NCBI GenBank assembly: GCA_024276895.1
Contig: JAJRWG010000158.1
Span: 1 to 43,868, forward strand
Length of the DNA stretch: 43,868 nucleotides
Source of the DNA: Bacteroidota bacterium
GTDB lineage: Bacteria; Bacteroidota; Bacteroidia; Bacteroidales; F082
Direction of reading: 5' to 3'
The notes below the pieces were generated by a model. The model was not told the origin of the DNA. It saw only the letters and a list, made by a program, of their open reading frames with translations, and made no database searches. The position numbers and the translations under genes are program-made. Positions 36,868 to 43,868 of this stretch are shown piece by piece; positions within the stretch are counted from its first letter, which is position 1, and each line of letters opens with the position of its first letter.

Positions 36868-39800
36868 ATGGCAACCAGGTACAAAGAATACAAACAGCTT
36901 AATTTGCCCGAAGTAGCGCGGGAAATTGGTGCTTACTGGAAAACACACCAGGTTTTCAGGCAGAGCCTTGAAAACCGCAAAGGCAACGAACCTTTTGTGT
37001 TTTACGAGGGACCACCTTCGGCCAACGGCGTGCCGGGCATCCACCACGTAATGGCCAGGGCCATCAAAGACCTGTTTTGCCGCTACCAAACCCTCAAGGG
37101 AAAATACGTGGAACGTAAAGCAGGCTGGGATACCCACGGACTTCCGGTGGAGATCAGTGTTGAAAAAACACTGGGCATCACCAAAGAGGACATCGGGAAA
37201 AAAATCAGCATCGAAGACTACAACAAGGCCTGCCGCAAAGAAGTACTAAAGTATAAAGACCTCTGGGATGAGCTGACGGAAAAAATCGGCTACTGGGTTG
37301 ACCTGGAGCATCCTTACATCACTTTCGACAACAAGTACATCGAAACGGTGTGGTACCTGTTGAAGCAGCTTTACGACAAAGGCTTGTTGTACAAAGGTTA
37401 CTCCATCCAGCCTTATTCACCTGCCGCAGGGACAGGCCTCAGCACCCACGAGCTGAACCAGCCGGGCTGCTACCGCGATGTTACCGACACCACCGTCGTG
37501 GCCCAGTTCAAAGTCCTTCGACACGAAGCATCCGAAAAACTTTTTGACGATGTGGAGGGCGACCTCTACCTCCTGGCCTGGACTACAACCCCGTGGACCC
37601 TGCCTTCGAACACCGCACTGGCCGTAGGCGATAAAATTGATTACGTCAAAGTCAAAACCTTTAATGTTTACACCGGCGAGCCCATCACCGTAATCATTGC
37701 CAAAGAGCGACTGAATGCTTATTTCAGTGAAAAAAACAAGGACCTACCATTTGAAGAATACAAAGCAGGCGATAAAAAACTACCCTACAAAGTGCTGGGC
37801 ACATGCAAGGGTTTCGAACTCACCGGTGTGGGTTACGAGCAATTGCTTCCCTGGGTGCGGCCCACGGGCAAAGCCTTTGAGGTCATCCCCGGCGATTTTG
37901 TAACGACCGAAGACGGTACCGGAATTGTACACATTGCCCCTACCTTTGGAGCTGACGACGACCGTGTAGCGAAAGTCCTGGGCATTGCGCCCCTGATCCT
38001 TATCGACAAGGCAGGAGAGCGCAGACCGATGGTTGATCTGAAAGGCCGGTTTTTCAGGATCGAAGACCTGGACGATGCGTTTGTCAGTAAGCAGGTGGAC
38101 ACAAAAAAGTACGGCGAGTTTGCCGGGCGTTTTGTCAAAAATGCCTACAGCGACGAACTCACTGATGCGCAAACCACGCTGGACATCGACATTGCCGTCA
38201 ACCTGAAAAAGGAAAACAAGGCTTTCCGCATTGAGAAACACGTGCACAACTATCCCCACTGCTGGCGTACCGACAAGCCCGTGCTGTACTACCCGCTCGA
38301 CAGTTGGTTCGTAAAAACCACCGCCCTCAAAGAACGGATGATCGAGCTGAACAAAACCATCACCTGGAAACCACGGGCAACCGGCGAAGGCCGCTTCGGC
38401 AACTGGCTGGAAAACCTGGTTGACTGGAACCTGTCGCGCTCGCGTTTCTGGGGTGTTCCGCTTCCCGTCTGGGTGACAAAGGACCGGAAAGAATTGAAAG
38501 TTCTTGGTTCAGCAGCCGAGTTAAAGACCGAGGTTGAGCGTGCGGTAGAGGCAGGTTTGATGGATGAAAACCTCATGGAAGCTTTCGTGCCCGGCGACAT
38601 GAGCAGCGAAAATTACAGCACCTTTGATTTTCACCGTCCTTTTGTGGATAAGATCATCCTGGTATCAGACAGCGGCCAACCCATGTACCGTGAGCCCGGA
38701 CTGATTGACGTTTGGTTCGATTCGGGCTCCATGCCTTATGCCCAGCTCCACTTCCCCTTTGAAAACGAAGATGTCTTTGAACGGAATTTCCCGGCCAATT
38801 TCATTGCCGAAGGGGTGGACCAAACAAGGGGCTGGTTTTTTACCCTGCATGCCATCGCCACCATGCTTTTCGATTCGGTGGCTTTTGAAACGGTAGTCTC
38901 CAACGGGCTGGTGCTCGACAAGGCAGGAAACAAGATGTCGAAACGGCTGGGCAATGCAGTTGACCCGTTTGAAACCATTGAAAAGTTCGGTCCCGATGCC
39001 ACCCGTTGGTACATGATCACCAATTCGCAGCCCTGGGACAATTTGCGGTTTGACATGGCCGGCATTGATGAAGTGCGGAGAAAATTCCTGGGTACGCTGT
39101 ACAACACTTATGCCTTTTTTGCCCTCTATGCGAACATCGACGGCTTTACGTACAGCGAAGAAGAAATTCCTGTCAGTCAGCGTACCGAGCTCGACCGCTG
39201 GATACTATCCGAGTTGAACTCGCTCATTAAAACGGTTGACGAGGCTTACGCTGCTTACGAGCCCACCAAAGCAGGCCGGGCCATTCAGTATTTTGTCAAC
39301 GAGCATCTGAGCAACTGGTACGTCAGGTTGTCGCGTCGCAGATTCTGGAAAGGAAGTTACGCCAGGGATAAGATTGAAGCCTACCAAACGCTGTACCGCT
39401 GCCTCGAGGTAGTGGCGCAACTGGCATCACCCATCGCGCCCTTTTTTACCGACCGGATTTTTGTTGACCTGAACACCGTCACCAACAGGCTGGATGCCAT
39501 CTCAGTCCACCTGACTGATTTCCCCGTGGCTGATGAAACCCTCATCAACAAAGGCCTGGAAGAAAGGATGGAGTTGGCACAAAAGATTTCGTCCATGGTG
39601 TTGTCGCTACGCAAGAAGAACAACATCAGGGTACGCCAGCCGCTGGAGAGGATCATGATTCCCGTCCTTGACAAACATTTCCGCGAGGTGGTGTCGGATG
39701 TGGAAGACCTCATCCTTTCGGAGGTCAACGTGAAAAAAATTGAGTACATCACCGACGAGTCGGGCATCCTGGTGAAGAAAATCAAGCCCAACTTTAAAAG

Positions 39801-40299
39801 TCTGGGCCCCAAGTACGGCAAGCTGATGAAACTTATTTCGGCAGCCGTTGCCCGTTTCAGCCAGGAAGACATCCGGAGATTTGAAGCTGAAAACAGCTTT
39901 ACACTTCAGATTGAAGACGAGCAAATCGTGCTTCAGGCCGAGGATGTGGAAATCAGCACCGAAGATATTCCGGGCTGGAGCGTTGCCACGCAGGACAGCC
40001 TGACCGTTGCCCTGGACCTGAACCTGACCCCCGAACTGGAGGCCGAAGGTCTCGCTCGGGAATTGGTCAACCGCATCCAGAACCTGCGCAAGGACCTGGG
40101 GCTGGAGGTCACCGACCGCATCCGTCTTCACATCGAAAAGAACGGATCAACCGATAAGGCCTTTGCCGGCTTTACCGGCTACATTTGTTCTGAAACACTG
40201 GCAACACTTGAATTTGTAGAAAAAATTGACCGGGAAAACCTGTTTGAACTGGAGCTTCCCGAAGGTACTACCGTCAGGTTGAGCCTTGAAAAACAGTAA
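36868..40299 (+). CDS. ileS: Isoleucine-tRNA ligase (type 2, long form)
   Basis: About 1143 aa from ATG 36868. HIGH-region variant PSANGVPGIHHVMARAIKD, KMSKS motif (GNKMSKRLGNAV), CP1 editing-domain region (TTPWTLPSNTALAV). Confidence 0.97.
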   Translation: MATRYKEYKQLNLPEVAREIGAYWKTHQVFRQSLENRKGNEPFVFYEGPPSANGVPGIHHVMARAIKDLFCRYQTLKGKYVERKAGWDTHGLPVEISVEKTLGITKEDIGKKISIEDYNKACRKEVLKYKDLWDELTEKIGYWVDLEHPYITFDNKYIETVWYLLKQLYDKGLLYKGYSIQPYSPAAGTGLSTHELNQPGCYRDVTDTTVVAQFKVLRHEASEKLFDDVEGDLYLLAWTTTPWTLPSNTALAVGDKIDYVKVKTFNVYTGEPITVIIAKERLNAYFSEKNKDLPFEEYKAGDKKLPYKVLGTCKGFELTGVGYEQLLPWVRPTGKAFEVIPGDFVTTEDGTGIVHIAPTFGADDDRVAKVLGIAPLILIDKAGERRPMVDLKGRFFRIEDLDDAFVSKQVDTKKYGEFAGRFVKNAYSDELTDAQTTLDIDIAVNLKKENKAFRIEKHVHNYPHCWRTDKPVLYYPLDSWFVKTTALKERMIELNKTITWKPRATGEGRFGNWLENLVDWNLSRSRFWGVPLPVWVTKDRKELKVLGSAAELKTEVERAVEAGLMDENLMEAFVPGDMSSENYSTFDFHRPFVDKIILVSDSGQPMYREPGLIDVWFDSGSMPYAQLHFPFENEDVFERNFPANFIAEGVDQTRGWFFTLHAIATMLFDSVAFETVVSNGLVLDKAGNKMSKRLGNAVDPFETIEKFGPDATRWYMITNSQPWDNLRFDMAGIDEVRRKFLGTLYNTYAFFALYANIDGFTYSEEEIPVSQRTELDRWILSELNSLIKTVDEAYAAYEPTKAGRAIQYFVNEHLSNWYVRLSRRRFWKGSYARDKIEAYQTLYRCLEVVAQLASPIAPFFTDRIFVDLNTVTNRLDAISVHLTDFPVADETLINKGLEERMELAQKISSMVLSLRKKNNIRVRQPLERIMIPVLDKHFREVVSDVEDLILSEVNVKKIEYITDESGILVKKIKPNFKSLGPKYGKLMKLISAAVARFSQEDIRRFEAENSFTLQIEDEQIVLQAEDVEISTEDIPGWSVATQDSLTVALDLNLTPELEAEGLARELVNRIQNLRKDLGLEVTDRIRLHIEKNGSTDKAFAGFTGYICSETLATLEFVEKIDRENLFELELPEGTTVRLSLEKQ

Positions 40300-40396
40300 G
40301 GTAAGTTAAAATTAATGTTGAACATTCGGATTTGAAAAAATAATTGTATATTTAGACAGTATTTGATCAACCATCTGAATTAAATAAGTTACGACC

Positions 40397-40807
40397 ATGA
40401 GTGATAGTGAGAAAAAGAAAGTTTCGTACAGCGATGAAGAGCTTGAAGAGTTCAGGCAAATCATTCTGGAAAAGTTGGAAAAGGCGCGTGCAGATTTGAA
40501 ACTGCTTACGGAGGCATACACGAACCACAGTGAACACGACACCAATGACACTTCGCCGACCTTTAAGGTTCTGGAAGAAGGACAGCAGGTTCTTTCCAAA
40601 GAGGAGAACAGCAGACTGGCAGCACGTCAATCACGTTTTATTACAAACCTTGAAAATGCCCTGGTGCGTATTGAGAACAAAACCTACGGTATTTGCCGTG
40701 TGACAGGTAAACTTATCAGCAAGGAACGGCTGCGTGCAGTACCTCATGCCACCCTGAGCATTGATGCCAAACTGAAACAATCGGCACCGCAAAGAATATC
40801 AAACTAA
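40397..40807 (+). CDS. DksA/TraR-family protein without the Cys4 zinc finger
   Basis: 136 aa. Coiled-coil N-terminal part, C-terminal YGICRVTGKLISKERLRAVPHATLSIDAK. Only one Cys in the whole protein. Sits between ileS and lspA. Confidence 0.78.
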   Translation: MSDSEKKKVSYSDEELEEFRQIILEKLEKARADLKLLTEAYTNHSEHDTNDTSPTFKVLEEGQQVLSKEENSRLAARQSRFITNLENALVRIENKTYGICRVTGKLISKERLRAVPHATLSIDAKLKQSAPQRISN

Positions 40808-40824
40808 GCTTAGCCTACTTTTCC

Positions 40825-41442
40825 TTGAAAAAAGCATTTTTGATCATTTTTCTGGTGCTCGTCATCGACCAGGCTTTTAAGTTCTGGATCAAGCTGAACA
40901 TGACTATCGGTGAGGAGATCCCGGTGCTGGGCAGCTGGTTCCGGCTCTATTTTACCGAGAATTACGGCATGGCCTTCGGCCTGCAGTTCGGTGGTGAGTG
41001 GGGAAAAATCACACTGAGTGTTTTCAGGATACTGGCCGTGTTCGCCATCGGGATTTACCTGTTTGTGCTTACCCGAAAAAAGACTTCTTTCGGGTTGATA
41101 TTCAGTATATCCCTGATTTTTGCAGGTGCCCTCGGCAACATCATCGACAGCGCCTTTTACGGTTTGCTGTTTACCGAAAGCAGCTACCACACAGTGGCAC
41201 AGTTTGCTTCGGCGGCACATCCGGGTTATGCAGGCTTTCTGCATGGCCGGGTAGTTGACATGCTTTATTTCCCGTTGGTGGTGCTGCACCGTTCAGAGTT
41301 GCCCGGCTGGCTGCCTGATTTTCTGTTCAGCGGAGACCAGCGCTTCATTTTCTTCAGACCCATCTTCAACATTGCCGATTCGTCCATCACCATCGGTGTG
41401 GCCTGGCTGCTGTTGTTCGAACGGAAGTACCTCAGATTTTAG
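40825..41442 (+). CDS. lspA: Lipoprotein signal peptidase II
   Basis: 205 aa with four TM helices and conserved blocks FTENYGMAFG and GALGNIIDSAFYG...VVDMLYF...FNIADSSITIG. TTG start. ileS-lspA is a classic synteny. Confidence 0.9.
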   Translation: MKKAFLIIFLVLVIDQAFKFWIKLNMTIGEEIPVLGSWFRLYFTENYGMAFGLQFGGEWGKITLSVFRILAVFAIGIYLFVLTRKKTSFGLIFSISLIFAGALGNIIDSAFYGLLFTESSYHTVAQFASAAHPGYAGFLHGRVVDMLYFPLVVLHRSELPGWLPDFLFSGDQRFIFFRPIFNIADSSITIGVAWLLLFERKYLRF

Positions 41443-41500
41443 AAAAGTCGGCTGCTGCTGCCCCCCTTAACCGGCAGTGAATAAATTCCCATTCTACTCC

Positions 41501-43039
41501 CTACAAAGGAATGTTTCCGTGTTTCTTGGGCGGATTGCTTTCCGATTTGTTCTGGGTCATTTCCAACGCCTGGATCAGTTTTTTCCTGGTGTTGTGCGGG
41601 AAAATAATTTCATCAATATATCCCAACTCGGCAGCCTTGTACGGACTGGCAAAGTTTTCACGATAATCGCTCACGGCCTTTTTCCGGGCTTCGTCGTCTT
41701 CAAGTTTATTACGATAAATGATGTTTACGGCGCCATCGGGGCCCATCACGGCAATTTCGGCTGTCGGATAAGCAAAGTTGTAATCGGCGCCAATGTGTTT
41801 GCTGGACATCACATCGTAAGCACCGCCGTATGCTTTGCGGGTAATGATGGTAATTTTGGGGACGGTGGCTTCGGCAAAAGCATACAGCAGTTTTGCACCG
41901 TGTTTGATGATGCCGCCAAACTCCTGGGCGGTACCGGGCAGAAAACCCGGGACATCTTCAAAAGTGACCAGGGGAATGTTGAAAGCATCGCAAAAACGAA
42001 CGAAACGCGCCGCCTTGACAGAGCTGTTGATGTCAAGTACTCCGGCCAGCGCAGCCGGCTGATTGGCCACGATGCCCACCGGACGGCCTGCGATACGCGC
42101 AAAACCTACAATGATGTTTTTGGCAAAATGGGGTTGCACCTCCAGAAAATGGCCGTCATCGATTGTCGGCAGGATGATGTCCATCATGTTGTACGGCTTG
42201 TTGGGATCGGTGGGGATGACATCATCAAGGGAAGGCTCTTCCCGTTCCAGGTCATCGGTACAGACTTTTCTGGGCGGGTCTTCCAGGTTGTTGGAAGGCA
42301 GGAAACTCATCAGTTCCCTGATCATCATCATGGCCTGCTCGTCGTCTTCGGCGGTGAAATGCGCCACGCCGCTGGTCTGGTTGTGGGTCATGGCTCCGCC
42401 CAGGTCTTCCATGGTTACCTCCTCGTTGGTGACGGTTTTAATCACATCAGGACCGGTAACAAACATGTAGGAAGTTTCTTTCACCATCAAAATAAAATCG
42501 GTGATGGCCGGGGAGTAAACGGCGCCACCTGCGCAAGGGCCGAGCACTGCTGAAATCTGTGGGATGACACCCGAGCTGCGGACATTGCGGTAAAAAATAT
42601 CGGCATAGCCGGCGAGGCTTTCCACCCCTTCCTGGATACGGGCGCCGCCCGAGTCGTTCAGACCGATAACCGGCGCTCCCATTTTCATGGCCAGGTCCAT
42701 GACCTTGATGATCTTGTCGGCATTGGTGCGGCTCAACGAGCCTCCGAAAACCGTAAAATCCTGGGCAAAAACATACATCAGCCTGCCGTCAATTTTTCCG
42801 TAACCGGTGACAACGCCGTCGCCAAGGATCTTGTTTTTTTCCATCCCGAAATCAGTGCAATGGTGGGTGACGAACTTGTCTGTTTCGACAAAAGTACCAG
42901 GGTCCAGGAGGTCCTCAATGCGTTCGCGTGCTGTTTTACGTCCGGCGGCATGCTGTTTGTCAATGCGTGCCTGACCACCGCCTAATTCGGCTTTGTTGTG
43001 TTTTTCTTCCAGTAATTTTATTTTGGGTAACAGCGACAT
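41501..43039 (-). CDS. Acyl-CoA carboxylase carboxyltransferase subunit (propionyl-CoA carboxylase beta / methylmalonyl-CoA carboxyltransferase type)
   Basis: 512 aa. [42 protein letters not shown], and [14 protein letters not shown] are family hallmarks. Confidence 0.92.
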   Translation of the reverse strand: MSLLPKIKLLEEKHNKAELGGGQARIDKQHAAGRKTARERIEDLLDPGTFVETDKFVTHHCTDFGMEKNKILGDGVVTGYGKIDGRLMYVFAQDFTVFGGSLSRTNADKIIKVMDLAMKMGAPVIGLNDSGGARIQEGVESLAGYADIFYRNVRSSGVIPQISAVLGPCAGGAVYSPAITDFILMVKETSYMFVTGPDVIKTVTNEEVTMEDLGGAMTHNQTSGVAHFTAEDDEQAMMMIRELMSFLPSNNLEDPPRKVCTDDLEREEPSLDDVIPTDPNKPYNMMDIILPTIDDGHFLEVQPHFAKNIIVGFARIAGRPVGIVANQPAALAGVLDINSSVKAARFVRFCDAFNIPLVTFEDVPGFLPGTAQEFGGIIKHGAKLLYAFAEATVPKITIITRKAYGGAYDVMSSKHIGADYNFAYPTAEIAVMGPDGAVNIIYRNKLEDDEARKKAVSDYRENFASPYKAAELGYIDEIIFPHNTRKKLIQALEMTQNKSESNPPKKHGNIPL

Positions 43040-43103
43040 AATTTTGTCATCTTTAAGGGTTAATGTTTTTATTTGCTATTGTTGCCTCAGCCTTCGCAGG
43101 GCT

Positions 43104-43607
43104 TTAGTCAAGCAGGATGAGTGGTTGGTTTCCTTCGATGGTGTCACCTTCACTCACCAATATTTTCTTGATGGTACGGTCGTTGACTACTTTGTACTCA
43201 CTTTCCATCTTCATGGCCGAGACGATGATGACGGTATCGCCACCTTTTACTTTATCGCCTTCTTTTACCAGGATTTTAACAACTTTGCCGGGCATGGGTG
43301 TGGAAATGAAGGCAGCATCGTCATCGCTGTGTTTTTTCCGGTTGTTCATGTAGCGGGTCTCGGCATCCACAACTTCCACATCAAATGAATGGTACAAGGT
43401 GTTAACAGTGTAGTTTCTGTTGTCAGAAGTGGTGAGTTCCACGTTGTACGATTTTCCTTCCAGTAAAATGGAATAGACGCCTTTTTCAACTTCTACAAGG
43501 TCCAGTTCGTATTTTCTGCCGTCAATCTGCACTTCGAACGTATTCCCGTTGCGATTCAGGATTTCGATGTCAGACAGATCGCCATTGGTTTTAATTTCGT
43601 ACGACAT
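43104..43607 (-). CDS. Biotin carboxyl carrier protein (biotinyl/lipoyl domain)
   Basis: Start taken at ATG 43607 (MSYEIKTNG...). C-terminal biotinylation motif IVSAMKMESE. The track extension to 43763 runs into the upstream gene. Confidence 0.85.
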   Translation of the reverse strand: MSYEIKTNGDLSDIEILNRNGNTFEVQIDGRKYELDLVEVEKGVYSILLEGKSYNVELTTSDNRNYTVNTLYHSFDVEVVDAETRYMNNRKKHSDDDAAFISTPMPGKVVKILVKEGDKVKGGDTVIIVSAMKMESEYKVVNDRTIKKILVSEGDTIEGNQPLILLD

Positions 43608-43632
43608 GTTCAGGTGGTTTTGATGTTCAAAA

Positions 43633-43868
43633 TTATAAACGGACAAGATTCTTTTTTCTGCCGCATTTTTTCCAGTTGCTTCCGTTCTCCGTCTCCGGAG
43701 TTGCTTTTTTATGTTGTTCGATCCTGTAAAGGTAGTCAACAAAGGCGGCAATGGTGGCAACATCTTTCACCGTTTGTGAGGTGCTCTCTTTGGGTTCCAG
43801 GTACTCCGGGTTGTCCTGGATAATGTGGGTGTTGTAACGACCCTTGACAAAGGCGGGAATGTCCATCA
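43633..43868 (-). CDS. 3' end of a biotin carboxylase-type subunit gene (partial, continues beyond the window)
   Basis: The open frame reaches the window edge. The terminal peptide FVKGRYNTHII...EYL resembles the C-terminal end of biotin carboxylase domains, and the operon context with BCCP and carboxyltransferase fits. Only ~77 codons are visible. Confidence 0.55.
   Translation of the reverse strand, partial: MDIPAFVKGRYNTHIIQDNPEYLEPKESTSQTVKDVATIAAFVDYLYRIEQHKKATPETENGSNWKKCGRKKNLVRL

Noticed and set aside
38714-38723. GGTTCGATTC, a tRNA T-arm-like string
   Set aside because: It lies inside the ileS coding frame with no flanking acceptor, D-arm or anticodon-arm complementarity. I found no tRNA cloverleaf anywhere in the window.
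41477-42553. 358-aa plus-strand ORF opposite the carboxyltransferase gene (similar cases at 1835-2434, 2769-3326, 25809-26498 and 36202-36735)
   Set aside because: These are antisense shadow ORFs of strongly conserved genes. They are rich in Gly/Val/His/Arg from complementary codons and match no family.
1-43868. Global reassignment of TAA to a sense codon as the explanation for the two in-frame TAA codons
   Set aside because: TAA is the terminal codon of most genes here (rseP, dxr, the M23 peptidase, greA, HIT, ileS, nrdJ, ridA and others). In those genes it sits exactly where homologues end, often only a few nt before the next gene start. Reading through them would create long extensions into neighbouring or antisense genes. 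So TAA is a normal stop in this organism.
1-43868. CRISPR arrays, transposons, integrases, prophage or known defence systems
   Set aside because: I saw no repeat-spacer periodicity, no terminal inverted repeats flanking a transposase-like ORF, and no nuclease, ATPase or methyltransferase-type hypothetical genes. Every sizeable ORF is accounted for by housekeeping or envelope functions.

Overview
This is a chromosomal, mostly housekeeping segment with clear Bacteroidota character. The evidence is type IX secretion (T9SS) components, TAnnTTTG -7 promoter boxes, a type-2 IleS / DksA-like / LspA block, and an MlaD / amidase / LptD-like block. I count about 31 protein genes at high coding density. 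By eye I found no rRNA or tRNA genes, no CRISPR array, no transposase or integrase, and no recognisable defence genes, so most of the window is ordinary core genome.

Five things are not ordinary:
1. Two conserved genes are each cut by a single in-frame TAA: the SprE/PorW-like T9SS lipoprotein and a glutaryl-CoA-dehydrogenase-like acyl-CoA dehydrogenase. The frame stays open and conserved on both sides of each stop, and no other gene in the window is frameshifted.
2. A co-directional outer-membrane trio lies 2-11 kb downstream of the interrupted sprE: a 1240-aa TonB-dependent-type barrel, a 1455-aa T9SS-CTD cargo of unknown function, and a PorV/PorQ-like barrel.
3. An ECF sigma module carries a 15-nt motif plus a CATAA element repeated at identical spacing upstream of the sigma gene and of a downstream lipoprotein gene. 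Its middle gene combines an inner-membrane anchor with an outer-membrane barrel.
4. One large protein fuses a PD40 (TolB-like) propeller to an Omp85-type barrel.
5. Several unexplained non-coding structures: a heptamer array in a leader, a terminator inside the greA leader, and a perfect 15-bp-arm palindrome.

All functional calls come from reading the translated ORFs for family hallmark motifs. No database search was run.
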